From Scenedesmus sp. PABB004 (Eukaryota), in contig JABVCE010000004.1 of assembly GCA_014905635.1 (NCBI GenBank), positions 682,001-746,000 on the forward strand: a DNA stretch of 64,000 nucleotides. Reading direction: 5' to 3'. Below, piece after piece: positions 32,539 to 46,137 of the stretch; position 1 is the first letter of the stretch, and each line of letters starts with the position of its first letter. The translations under genes were made by a program, and so were the position numbers. The notes below the pieces were generated by a model. That model saw only the letters and a list, made by a program, of their open reading frames with translations, was not told where the DNA came from and searched no databases.

Positions 32539-35304
32539 ATGTCCATCATCCAGCCCGCGGCCATCAAGGCCATAGCGCACAGCGTGCAGCTGGAGCGGCT
32601 GTCTGATGAGGCGGCAAAGACGCTCGCCCCCGACGTCGAGTACCGGCTGCGGGAGGTCGTGCAGGTGCGCCCCGCGCGCCAAGGAGTCCGCGCAGCAGCC
32701 CTCGGGCGCGCGGCGTGACGCGCGGGCCGCCGCCGCGGCCCCGCAGGAGGCGCTCAAGTTTGCCAAGCACGCGAAGCGCACCACGCTCACGGCTGCGGAC
32801 GTGAACGACGCGCTGCGCCTGCGCAACGTCGAGGTGTGTGTGTGTGGGGGGGGGGGGGGGGGGGCAGCCAGCGGCAGCAGCGGCGGCAGCAGCATCGGCA
32901 GCAGCAGCAGCAGCAGTGGCAGCGGCAGCAGCAGCGGCGGCGCGTGTGCCGGCGGCAGCTCGCGCCACCGCCGCCGCTGCCGGCGCCGCCGCCTGCAGCC
33001 GGTGTATGGATTCGCGGGGCGCGACCCCGCCAAGTTTTCACGCGTCGCGACGCACCCGGAGCTCATGTACGTCCGCGACCCGGAGATGAGCTACCATGAG
33101 GTGCGCCGCGCTCAGCTCAGCTCAGCTGAGCTCCGTGCTGTGCCGACCGGGTCGAGCGCGCGCGCCGCGAACCGCGCGCCGCCGCGGCCCCCGCGCCGCC
33201 GCGGCCCCCGCGCCGCCACGACCCGCGCGCCGCCGCGGCCCGCGCGCCCGCAGCTGATCGAGGCGCCGCTGCCGCGGCTGCCGCGCGAGCCGGGCGTCAC
33301 GGCGCACTGGCTGGCCGTGAACGGCGTGCAGCCCGACCTGCCAGAGAACACGCCGCTCGAGGCCCCGCCGACCAAGCGGTCGCGGCTGCCGCTACGCAGC
33401 AACAATCGGGCGGGCCCGGGGGCCGACGGGCCGGCGGCCGGGGGCGGCGCGCTGGCAGGTGCGCGGCGCGCCCGCCGCGGCGCAGCGCCGGCCGCCTGGC
33501 GCAGCGCGCGCCCGCCTCAGCGCCCGACCGGTGCCGCCGCCGCCGCGCCGCAGGCGCGGACGCGCAGCTGTCGCTGCCCGCGCCGGGGCAGCCCGGCGGC
33601 GCCGGCGGCGCGGGCGCGGGCGCCGCGCCGCGCGGGCAGCCGGGCGCGGCGGTCGACCCGCGCGGCGCGGCCGCGAGCGCGGCGGTGCAGCTGCAGCTGC
33701 CGCTGCGGCACGCGGTCAGCCGCGAGCTGCAGGTCTACTTTGACAAAATCGTCGGCCTCCTGCTCACGCCCACGCCCACGGGCGCCGCGCCGGGCGGCGG
33801 CGCCGCGGGTGCCGCGGGCGCGGGCGGCGCCGGCGCGGGCTCGGCCGCCGCCGCGGCGGACCGCCAGGCGTCGCTGCTGCGCGGCGCGTTTGCGAGCGTC
33901 GCGTCCGACCCGGGGCTGCACCCGCTGGTGCCCTACTTTGTGGCCTTCATTGCTGACGGCGTGGTGGCGCACCTGCGCGACCTGGCGCTGCTCGGCCGCC
34001 TGCTGCAGCTGGGGCGCTGCCTGCTGGCCAACCCGGGGCTGCGCCTGGAGCCGTATCTGCCGCAGCTCCTGCCCGCCGTGGTGACCTGCCTCGTCACCAA
34101 GAGCCTGGGTGCGCGCGCACGTGGGCCGCGGCAGCGGCGGCGGTGCAGAGAGGCAACGCGCCGCCCGCCGGCCGCGCCGTGCGCGCGCCGCGCGCCCGCC
34201 CACCGGCCGCGCCGCGCGCCGTCACGCGCAGGCGCGCACCCGGAGGAGGACCACTGGGCGCTGCGCCGCGCCGCGGCGGCGCTGCTGGCGGCCATCGCGG
34301 CGGCGTTTGCGGAGCCGCACCACAACCTGATGCCGCGCCTGTGCCGCGTGCTGGGCGGCGCCTGGCTCGACGCCAGCAAGCCCCTCACCACCAAGTACGG
34401 CGCGGTGGTCGGCCTCGCGGTGAGACGCGACACGCCGCGCGGCGCGCCGGGGGCAGGCGGCCCTGCGGCCTGGCGCGCGCGGCGCGGCGCGGCGCGGCAG
34501 CCCACGCTCCCGCCGCCGTCGCCGCCGCCGCCGCCGGCGCAGGCGCTGGGGCCGCAGGTCGTGCGCACGCTGCTGGTGCCGCACCTCGAGCCGTTCATGT
34601 CTTCGACGCTGCTGCCAGCCATGGCGGCGGGCTGCGAGGACGACGGCGGCGCGCCGGCGGGCGGCGCGCGCGCGGCGGGCGCCGCGGCGGCGCGTGCGCA
34701 GGCGCGGCTCGAGGCGTGGCAGGTGTACGGCGCGCTGCTGTCGGCCAGCGGCGGCGCGATGTATGACGCGCTCATCGGGCAGCTCGCGGGGCAGCTGAGC
34801 ATGCCCCTGCTGCTCGCGCGTCGCAGCGGCGGCGGCGCGGGGGCGCGGCCGGCCGACGGCGGCGGCGACGGCCAGCCCGGCGGCGGCGGCGAGTGGCGCT
34901 GGGGCGACGCGTACGTGCAGGCGCTGCAGGCCGCGCGGCGCAGCGGCGCGGCGCGGCGGCCGGCCGCCGGACGCGGCGCGGCGCAGGAGGGGCAGCAGCC
35001 GGAGCCGATGGACGTCGAGCGGCCGGGCGGCGCGGAGCTGGACGCGGCCGCAGCGGCGGCGGCCGCCGCCGCCGCCAGCGGCGCCCAGCCCGCGGCCGTG
35101 CGGTCGCGCGCGCTGGTGCCGGCCAGCGGCGGCGCGGGCGCGCGGCGGCCGGACGGCGGCCAGCCGGGCGTCGCCGAGGTGCTGGGCGAGTCGTGGAAGG
35201 ACGACAGCGACACAAACGCGACGCTGGGCGCGCTGCTGCAGCTGTTTGGGGAGGACCTGCTGCCCTGCCTGCCGCTCGCGCAGCTGGCGGCGGTCACGCT
35301 GTGA
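32539..35304 (+). CDS. TAF6: TFIID subunit TAF6, ~6 introns
   Basis: Histone fold LAPDVEYRLREVVQ|EALKFAKHAKRTTLTAADVNDALRLRNVE|PVYGF; HWLAVNGVQP; HAVSRELQVYF; DPGLHPLVPYF; EPYLPQLLPAVVTCLV; DHWALR. Confidence 0.95.
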
Positions 35305-35415
35305 CGCGCGGCGCGCGGGCGCGGTAAACGCTGCGTTCCATCCCAGCCGCGGCGAGCCGGCACGCGCTGCGCGCCCTCCGGATCCGCGGCGCTCGCCCTT
35401 GCACGGCCCGCGCGC

Positions 35416-36480
<1,065 letters not shown>

Positions 36481-38207
36481 GGCTGCTGCCTGCGCTGCCC
36501 CTGCGCCGCAGGGCGTGGAGTGGCGCGATCGGCGGCGGCGAACCGCTCAAACCGCTGCGGCGGCCCGCAAAATCGCGGCGCCGCCCCGCGGCCCCGCCTG
36601 CCCGCCCGGCCACTGCGGAGCGCCACGCAGCTGCGGAGATCATTGGCAGCGGCCCGCAGCAGCGCCGACACGTGGTCGGGCCTCCCGCCGCGCTGCGCCG
36701 CGCGCTGGCGGAAAGTCGTGGAGTGTCATCGTTCACCGTTTACCCCTCTCAGCGCCTCCACAGCTGTACAGCAGCACAGTGCGTGTCTTGGGCCGGCCAC
36801 GTGGCCGCGCCCGCGCTCCAGCCCGGCCGCCCGCGCTCCGGTTTGTCGCACCGCGCCGTTGTCGGCGCTTGAAATCGGCCCGCAGCAGCCGCCGCGCAGC
36901 GTGCGCCCGCCGCCAGTCGTCGGGCAGCGGGGGCGGCGGCCGCCGGCAAAGAAAAGGGGCCCCGCGGGCTGCGGCGCCCGGCCTCACCCCCCAGGCGCCA
37001 TCGCGCCAGGCGAGGCTGGCGAGCGCGCCCACACACACGCCCACGACTCGGGTGCAGCAGCCGGCACGGGTGGCCGTCGCCAGGCCGCCCGCCAGGCCGC
37101 CTGCCACAGGGGGTTGCGTTTGGTCAGCGTTCCTTCTTGCCCCCATGCGCGCCTGCATGCCGCAACGGCAAAAGATCAGCAGTGTCCCCCCCGCACCAAC
37201 GCACCAACGCACCAACGCACCAACGCACGCACGCGAAGAACGGCGCACCAGAGGGGGGGTTGGCCCCACGACGCACCATAGCCCCCCAACAAGGCGGCGA
37301 CAGACAACAATGATAATAGACAGGTTGCGGCAGGGGGCGGGCACACGCAAGAGAGCTGCAGACGCAGTGTGGGCCGCTGCAGAGGCAGTGTCGGCCGCGG
37401 CGCAGCTCGGTTGGGTTTGGTCAGCCCCGCGCGGCCGCCCTGCCCCGCCACCGCGCAGCCGCAACCGTGCGCGCCAGTCAGGAGCTCCCCTCCCAGTCAG
37501 CAGTGCGGCCCCGTGTGCGCGCCCGGCGTCTCAGCACGGGCGCGCGCGCGCGCATGGGCGCGCCGTCGGTCGTCCAACCCACGCAGTGTGCCGCCGGCGT
37601 GGACCGGCGGCAGGAGGGTCGGAAGGAGGCACGCGCACGCGCACGCGTGCGCGGCAGGCATGCAGGGTGCGCGCGGCAGAACAGAGCCCAGATCCCGGCC
37701 CAGAGCGCAGCGTCCCAGCTGCCAGCGGGCGCTGCAGTCTTGCGGCGGGGTCGCAGTGGGGGCGCCGCAGCGGTCAGAGGGCCGCGTGGTGCGGTGAGGC
37801 CTAGGGGCTGCGTGAGAGGGCGCCGCGCCGTAAGCGGCCGGCGCCCTCGTGCGGCAGCGTGCGCGCCGACAGCTCGGGGCTGCCCAGCGTGCATGTGTGT
37901 GGGCGTGCGTGGGCGCGTGGGGCGCGCTGTGAATGCAGTGCGAGCGAGTGCCAAAACGCCGCGCGCGACCAGCCGGGCAGAGGCAGGCGGGCCGCTCGGC
38001 CCCTCCCACCTGCGCCATCCTGCAGCAGTCCGCAGTCAACGGTGCTGCCACCAAGTCAACCAAGTCAACCGACCCTTTCCCCAACAACGGGGCAATGCCA
38101 GCGCTGCAGGACAGCCCACCGCTCCCCTCCCGCCCTCCCGCCCTCCCCGGAGCAGCAGCGGCGCCGAAGCGCCGGCGGTGGTGGCAGCGCGGCGCGCGCG
38201 GCCGGGC

Positions 38208-41200
38208 TCAGCAGGACACGCTGAAGTCGAGGCGCGCGCTCGCCTCGGCCGCCGCCGCGTCGACCGGCGACGCCTTTGCGAGGCTCTTGAACTCGACCGC
38301 CGGCTCCAGCACGCCGCAGCGCACGCCGGTGAAGGCGAGCTGGTAGCTGCGGACGAGCGAGTTGACGCACGCGGGGCCCAGCGGCAGCGGCTCGCCGCCG
38401 AGCACCTCCACCGCCGCGGCGCCGCCCGCGGGGCCGCCGCTGAGGCCCTGGCCGTCGCTCAGCACGGCGCAGCGCCCGAGCGCGGCGCGCTTGACGCTCG
38501 CCAGGTTGGGGTCGTACGCCGCGGGCCGCGCCGCGGCGGGCCAGGCCTGCCCCGGCGCGTAGGCCAGGGGGACGGCCACGCCCGACACCACCGGCAGCCG
38601 GTCCGCCTGGAAGCGGCACGCCACGGTGCCCCCGCTCGGCGGGTTGCAGGCGGGCCGCGCCTCCACCGGCGCGCAGCCCTCGCCATCGCAAAGGGGCACA
38701 AACAGCAGCTGCGGGCGGCGGCGGCGAGGCGGCGCGTCAGCGGCGCCACGTGCAAGCGCGCGCGCTGCCGTCGCGGCCCCGCCGCGCCGCCCCCGCCCCT
38801 CCCCCTTCCACACACACGCGCGCGGCCGCCGCCCCTGCGCACCCGCGACTTGGCGGCGTCGACGCCCTCCCCCGCGTCGACGTCGAGCGACCCCGACACC
38901 GACAGCTTCTGCCCCGGCTCGAGCGCGCGCGAGTAGATGACGCTGACGTTCAGCAGGTTGCGCCCGCCCGGCACGTACGTGAGCGCGTCCGCTGGCGGCG
39001 GCGACGCGGACTTGGCCACGCGCCAGGCCATGATGCGCGTCTTGAACACGCGCAGCGGGCCCAGCGCGGCGCCGCCCGGGCCGCGCGCGCCCGGCGCGCA
39101 GCCGCCGACCAGCACGTCGAGCGCGCCAGACGCGGTCAGCGGCGACGCGGTGCTGCCGGCGCCGGGCTCGAGCCGCGCGACCGCGACGACCTGCGGCAGG
39201 GGACAGGGGCGCGTGGGCGCGTGGGCGCGGCGGCGCGCGGGCGCGCGCGTGCAGGGCCGCCGCCGCGCGCGCCGCGCGGGGCACTCACCGGCCACTTGCC
39301 GCACGGCGCGTCGCTGGTCGGGCCGAGCGCAAACTCGAGGTCGCGCGTGCCGCTCGCGCACACCTCGGCGCTGTCGAGCGCGCCGCCCGCGAGCAGGCGC
39401 CCGCCGGGCGCGAGCGCGCTGCCGGCGAGGCCGGACAGCAGCGTCGCGCACTCGGGCGCCGCGGCGGCGCTGAAGCGCCGCACCGCCGTGGGCGGCGTGG
39501 TGAGCGGGTCGGGCAGCGCCGGCCCCGTCGCGGTCGCCACCACCTCACCGCCGACCTTGGCCTTGACCGCCCACGTGCACGCGGTGCTGCCGCCGGGCGG
39601 CACGACGAGCGGCGCGCGCTCGCTCACGTCGCCGGGGCAGCGCGCGCCGATCTGCGCGACGGTGGGGCGCGCCGGGTCCATCGAGTCCACCAGCTCCACG
39701 ACAATGCTGTCCAGCGTCAGCGCCGCGTCGCCGGGGTTGGCCACCGACAGCTGGCCCGCAAACTCGGTCATCTGCGGCGGGGGGCATGGCGGCGCAATCG
39801 GCAGGAGCGGCGGTTGGCGCGCCGGCAGAGGCGGCCGGGGCCGGGCCCGAGGGCGCAGCGGCGCGCGCAGGCAGCACGCGCAGCGCGCACAGCACACACG
39901 CCGCACCTTGTCGACGGTCTTGGTGTAGGTCAGGCGGAAGCGCAGCGCCGCCTCGCCGTCGCGGGGCTTGGCGACCGCGTCCTCGCCCTCGGGCAGCAGC
40001 GGCGCGAGCTTGAGCTGCCAGCTCGCCCCCTCGACCGCGCGCGTGCTCACCGCGCCCAGGCTCAGCGACGGCCCGCCCCGGGCGCCGCGGCGCCCGGGAC
40101 CTGCGGCGGCGTGTCGTCCTCCAGCGTCGTGCCCGGGCAGCCGGTGAGCGTGACGCCGCCGCGCGCGACCGAGCTGCGCGGCGCCGCGCCGGGCGCGTCG
40201 GGCGCGACCTGCGCGGTGGCGAGCACCTGCGCGGGCGGGCGGGCGGCGCGGGGGCGTCAGGGCCGCGCCCGCGGCGCGCCGCGCGTGCGCCGCGCGCTCG
40301 CGCGTAGTTCATCGCGCGCGCGCTCACCGGCTGCGCGCCGCAGGCCAGGGGCGGCGCGGGGGAGTACTGGACGTCGAACGCAAACTCGGTGCTGTCGCAG
40401 ACCTCCACCTGGCTGCCGTCCACGGGCAGCGGCGGGCCGCGCGCCGTGCGCGTCTTGGCGAGCCCCATGCCCGCGTTGGCGGCGAACGACACGTTGACGA
40501 GCGCGCAGCGCGCGGTCGCGGCCGACGCGTCGGCCGCCGCAAAGTCAAACGGCGCCTGGGCGGTCGCGGCCTCGGGCGTGGGGCTGTCGGGGAAGGACAC
40601 CTCCGCGTCGAGCGCGCCGGGGGTCATGCCGAGGCTGTAGAGCAGCCGGAAGGTGCACCGGGACGTGCTCAGCGGAGGCAGCCCGCCCGAGGGGAAGCCG
40701 CACGCCGCGGGGACCTTGTCCGCGCCGAGCACCGCCTTGACGCCCGACACGGGGAGCACCTTGTCGTAGGGGTTTTGCAGGCTGATCTCGCCGCCCAGGA
40801 TGAAGCGCACGGGCGCGCCGTCGTCGGCGTTGCCGCGCGACACGCGCACGACGTACGACGCCGAGCCGGCGCCGCCGAGCGGCACCGCCTGCGACTCGGG
40901 GGTCGCCGAGGCGTCGACCGTCCAGCCAAAGGCGCCCTGGATCGCGGTCTCCGTGATCTTCACGGTCGTCACCGGCACCATACGCTGCAGGCCCTTGTAC
41001 CCCAGCCCGGCGTCGGGCGGCGGCGGCGCGGGGCTGGGCTCGGGCGGGAGCGGGCCGGGGCAGTTGGTCGGCGTCGCCTGGACCTGCAGCGTCGCGGTCG
41101 TGCCGCCGCCGTTGGTGGCGATGGTGGTGTCTCCAGTGTTCTGCATCTGCAGCGTGGACGTGCACGTCGACTGCGCGGCCGGCCGGGGGGCGGGGCGCGG

Positions 41201-43453
41201 GGCGGGGCGTCAGCGCACGCGCGGCGTCAGCGCACGCGCGGCGGCGGCCTGGCGCCGGCAGGGCGCGCGCGCGTTGCACGGCGCGGCGCGGCGGCAGCGC
41301 GCGCGGCGCTCGCACCGTGACGGCCGAGGTGCAGTCGCTGGGGCTGCGGCCGTCGCCCGACCAGCCACCGCCGAGGCCGATGCTCATCTCCTGGTCGGGG
41401 ATGGGCGCGTTGGTGTCGCTGCCGCAGAGGCGCACGCCCGCAAACTGCGGCCCGCCCGACACGGCGGGCGTCCAGTGCACGTTGCCGGTCGGCACCGAGC
41501 ACCGCACGGACCACTGCACGCAGTCGTTGATGCGGACCCAGTTGGTGGGGCTCGCAAAGTTGATGACCAGGCCCGTCTGCTCGGTCATCACGTTCCAGTA
41601 GGTCTGCGCCATGATGCTGCAGGGGCGGCTGAAGTCGGTGCCCCACGTCGCGCTGACGGGCTGGTTGATCGGGCAGTTGACCGTCGCCGACGCGGGCAGG
41701 ACAAAGCCCGTGCCCATGCCGCCGAGCCCGCTCGACACGCCGCCGCACGCGAGCGGGATGCTCGCCATCCAGGGGCACATGATTTGCAGCGAGTTCACGT
41801 AGAGCGGCGCGCGCTCGGGGTTGGTCAGCGAGATGTCCATGTTCAGCAGGAACGTCGCCGACGCGGCGTTGCGCTGGAAGCTCGCGCGCGCGGGCACGGT
41901 GCCGCCGCCGCCCCAGGGGACCTGCAGCGACGTGCCGCCGAGCGCCTGCACCGAGTGGCCCCACTGCCACGTGAGCGTCGTCTGCGTGCGCACGCTGTTG
42001 ACGGTGACGCCCAGCGGCACGTCGCAGCCCGTCACGGTCAGCGTCGCGGTCACGGCCTGCGTCGGGCTCAGCGTGATGTCCGCCGCCTGCCCGTTGTCGA
42101 CGACCAGGGCGATGGTGTTGGTGATCTGGGCCCGCGGCGGCGGCGGCGGCGGCGGCGTGAGCACGGCGGGCCGCGACGCGCGTGGCGGGCGGTGCTCGCC
42201 GCTGCAGCTGCGCCCAGCGCGCCGCGCGCCGCGTCACCTGCTGGTCGCGCATGCAGAATACGAGGTTGCTGATCGTCGTGGTCCAGGCAAAGTCGAAGCG
42301 CGAGCTCGCGCCGCCGCTGCCCGCAGTCAGCGTCTGCGTCGCGGGCGCGACGGGCGGCGCGGTGCCGCTGGTGCCGCTGCCGACCGTGGGCGGCGTGTTG
42401 AGCCAGTTGCCGATGTAGAGGCTCGTCCACGTGGGGTAGGTGGGGCTCTGGCTGATCGTCGCGGTGCCGCCCACGAGCGCCGGCGTGCCCCAGGGGATGC
42501 CGAGCGTCGTGCTGCCGCAGTCCGTCGACGTCGCGCCGCCCGCGCCGGCGCTCCAGAGCGCGGAGACCTCGAGCGTCGTCGGCGCGGGCAGCGGCATCGC
42601 GAGGCTCGGAAAGTTGAACGGCACCGAGCAGGGCGTCGCGGACGCCTTGCACTCGCGGTTCACGGTCACCGCCGGCAGCGTGACCGACACGCCGGGTATG
42701 GTGAAGACGAGCGAGTCGAGCCACTCGTTCGCGCCGCACGCCGACACGCTGATCGTGCCAGCGAGCGTCGCGGTGCTGCTCTGCCGCGTGGCCTCGGTCG
42801 AGGCGGTGTACTGCAGCGTCGCCGTCTCGCCGCGCGCCACCTGTGACGCGGGCGGGCGGGCGGCGCGTGGGTGTGGGCCGCGGCGCTCGCGCGCGCGCGC
42901 GCTCGCGTGCTGCTGCTGCGCGCGCGCCGGCGCCGCCACGCACCACGACCGCGGTGCTGGCGAGCGTGATCGTCGGCGCGCTCCATGTGTACGTGGTCGT
43001 CAGCACGGGCGTGGTGGTCCAGGTGATGGGCCCCACGGCGCCGTCGGCCGCGGTCAGCAGGCCTGTGCAGCGCGGCGCCGGCGGGCGGCGGGTGAGTCGC
43101 TGCGCCCGCGCTGCCCGCCGGCCGTCCGGCCCGAGCGGACACGTGCCAGGCTCGCGGCGCGCTGCAAAGCCCGGGGGCGGCCCTCCCGCTGGAGCTGGCC
43201 GGCGGGCTGGCATTCAGTTGCGTCTGCACCCGCCCCGCCCCGGATCCACGGCCGCTGCCACCCGGCGGGTTGGTCGCGAGTCCATCGATCTGCCACGAGC
43301 CGGGCGAGGCGCGGCGGAACGGGGGCGCGCGGCGCGGGCGGGCTGCCGAGGCGATTGGCCTAGGCCTGACGGAGCCCGCCGCGGCCAGAGCGCCCCGACT
43401 CCCGCGGCGCGCTGGCGGAGCTCACCTAGGACCATTCCCAGTGCTAGAAGCAT
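38208..43453 (-). CDS. Large secreted Cys/Thr-rich protein with about five tandem divergent beta-rich modules (putative cell-wall/extracellular protein), ~9 introns
   Basis: Spliced signal peptide MLLALGMVL|GLLTAADG (intron 43425-43063). Modules open with TYTWS, TWQWG, AFGWT, ASWQL and MAWRV, followed by GTISVS, DISLTNP, GEISLQNP, GQLSVANP and GSLDVD, with similarly spaced Cys. Confidence 0.75.
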
Positions 43454-43480
43454 CCGCAGCTGCGGCCGCGGGCGCCAGCG

Positions 43481-44190
43481 CCCGGGCCGCGCTGCCCCGG
43501 GCATAGCTTCGCCCCGGCGCGCAGAGGCGGCGTGCGGGGCTGGTGCGCCGCGGGTGAGTGGCTCAAGCTCCCCCGTTGCCGGAGAGCGCGTGTCGGTGCT
43601 ACGCCGGTGCTGCGCTGCCTGCGGGCGCCGCGCGATTGACGGCGGTCGTTTTGGCGGTGTGCCGAGCGGGCGTGCGTGTACGCGCGCAGAGGGGGTGGTG
43701 TTGGCGGGTCGTTTGGTCTGGGCCCGCGCCGCGCCCGAGCGGCGCCGGGTCACCGCGGGTGGCGGGCCATCGAAGCGGTGACGCTGCGGCTGCCCCAGAC
43801 CACCGCGCGGCCCTGTCCCCCGCCGCCGCGCCCCCGGCCAGCGCCCTGACGCGGCGTCGCCCCTGGCCTCCGCCGCGGGCGCCCTGCGCAGCTGTGCGGG
43901 CCGGCCAGCGGGAGTGAGTCCGCGGCCCGGGTGCCTGCCGGGCGCGCGGCGCGTGCGGCCGCGCCAGCAGCGCGGTGAGCTTCCCGGTGGTGACAGACGG
44001 CCCGGCGGCCCCGGCCAGCGCGGCGTTGCGGCGATCTAAGCCCCAGCAGCCAGCTCGAGCAGGGCGCGCGCACTGGTCAGCGCGTGGCGCGGGCTGGTCG
44101 CCGCCGCCTCGTCGCCGCTCGGCCGCAGCTCGCGGGCCTGCCTCGGGACTGACAAGGCCAGCGTGAGCAGGCCAGGCGTGCCTCACGCGC
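43481..44190. repeat. Outer inverted repeat, left arm (pairs with 51372-52074)
   Basis: 43501-44053 is a near-identical reverse complement of 51502-52051; the flanks are more diverged. Confidence 0.93.
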
Positions 44191-46137
44191 GGTGGGGGGC
44201 GGGGCCACCAGCGCGCGACATGCGGCGGCGGCGGCGGGAGCTGCGGGGGCCCGCGGGCCCAAGTCAGGGGAGCAAGGGGTCTCTCGCGCACGATATACTC
44301 AGTTACTCCTGCCGACCGCGTCTCACACAGAGGTTCATATGCGCTGCGACAAAGGGCCCACGGTCGCGGCGTTGCAGCCGCTGCAGAGGCGGCATGCGCG
44401 TGCGCGGCCGCCGCACTCGTTCTTCTTCGTCCCGCGACACCGACACCTTGCCAGGTGTGCACGCACGTGCGAGTGCTGCCCGGCCACTCGGGGGTTCGCA
44501 AGCGGCTCCTGTGTAGGTAAGCGCCCGGCGCGAGCGGCCCGGCCGCATGCATTGGGGGGCTCGCCGCGGCCGGCGCGACGGCGCGGCGCAGAGCGAGGCA
44601 CGCACGACGACAGACGACGACGACGACCGCGGCGCCGCCGCGGCCCGCCCGCCAGGCCGGCGGGGCGCGCGCGCGCGCGCGCCGGCGCACACTCCCGCGC
44701 CCGGGCGCCGCCGCAGCGACGCGGCGGCGCCCGGCGGGGCAGCAGCACTCGGCGCAGCGCGGGGGCCGCGGCGGCGCGCGCGCACTAGAAGCGGACGCGG
44801 CAGCGCTTGCCGCTCGCGCCGGCGACGCGACGCGCGCGTGCACGGCGGGCGGGGGCTGCAAAGGCAAACGATGAATGCGGAGGTGGGGGTGTGGGAGGGT
44901 GGGGCGTGGGTGGGAGGTGCGAGCACGCGCAAATGGCTGGGCGCGCCGCGAAGATTGGACGTGGGTGGGGGTTAAGAATGCCAAGAATGGGGAGGGGCGC
45001 CGCCCAGCCGCCGCCGCCGCCGGGGCGGCGGCGGCGGCCGGGGGCAGGGAGGGGGTCTCGAGGCTGAATAAGGAGGGCGGCGCCGCCGGCTCATCCGAGC
45101 CGGCGCGGGCCGTGGCGGCGGCCGGGCGCGCGCCGCGCGTGCGCGCCACGGGCGCAGAGCAGCGCGCGGCGCGCGCGCGGCGCGCCTGGCGGGCGGCAGG
45201 GAGGCCCGCGCGGTCGCGGGGCGCGGGCCTGTGCGCGCCCGCCGCGGCGGCGGCGGCGCGCGCCCTCCCGCCGGCGCGGGGCGCGGGGCCGGCGGGCTGG
45301 GGGCGCGCGCCGCCGCCGCGCGACGAATAAACGGGACACCGGGAAGTGCGCAGCGGCCGGAGGCCGTGCTGGCGAGTCACGCCAGCCAGCTATGGTCCAA
45401 AGCCCTGGGGGTGGCGGCGCCTGCGCCGCGCCGGGCGCGCGCGCGCCGCGGCGCATTGCGCGCGGCCGTTCAGACACCGGCGCGGCATGCGGCGCCGCGG
45501 GCGCGCGCGCGCGCGCGGCGGGCGTGGGGCCGGCGCCGCCGCGCGCCGGCCGCGTGTGGCGGGCGCGGCGCCCCCCGGGGCGTCCTGTCCTGTCTGCCTG
45601 CCGAAGTGCATGAGAAGCCTTCATGAGAGTGCGGCAAAACTTGAGGTTCAACCCATGCGAGCAATCTATGACGCGCGTTCACGCGTTCACGCGCGCGCGC
45701 GCGGCCGGCCGCACGCGTGCGAGGGGGGCCGCCGCTCCGCGGGGGCCGCGCGCGGCGCGGCGGCGCGCTGAGAGGCAGCGCGCCGCCGCGCCGCGAGGCG
45801 CGCGCGTGGGGTGAGGGGTGAGGCGTGGCGATGTACAGGACTCCTGCCTTGCTAATCTACAACGTTGGGCCAGGTACGCGGTGGCCCGGCGCGCGCGGCG
45901 GACTGGCGCCGGCCGCGCGCGCGCGCCGGCAGGGGCGCGGCCCGCGGCGCGCCACACAGGCGCGCGCCGCGGGGCCGCTGCTGCCGGCGCGGCTCCGCGC
46001 GCGGCGCGGGCCGCGCCCGCCGCGCGCGGGCGGGGGGTCGGGGACCTGGCAAGCCCCGGCGGCGCTGTGCCGGCGGCAGCCGAGCTGGCGGCCCGGCGGC
46101 CGCGGCACGCGGCCGCGCGCGCGCCGAACCGCTCAGC

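Noticed and set aside
36500..38200. ORFs in the 1.7-kb gap and a (GCACCAAC)x4 repeat at ~37193
   Set aside because: No protein-like composition or splice pattern; consistent with 3' UTR plus promoter.
44190..46100. Transposase or recombinase for the inverted-repeat locus
   Set aside because: No DDE, HUH, tyrosine-recombinase or RT motifs in any frame here or in 48400-50830.
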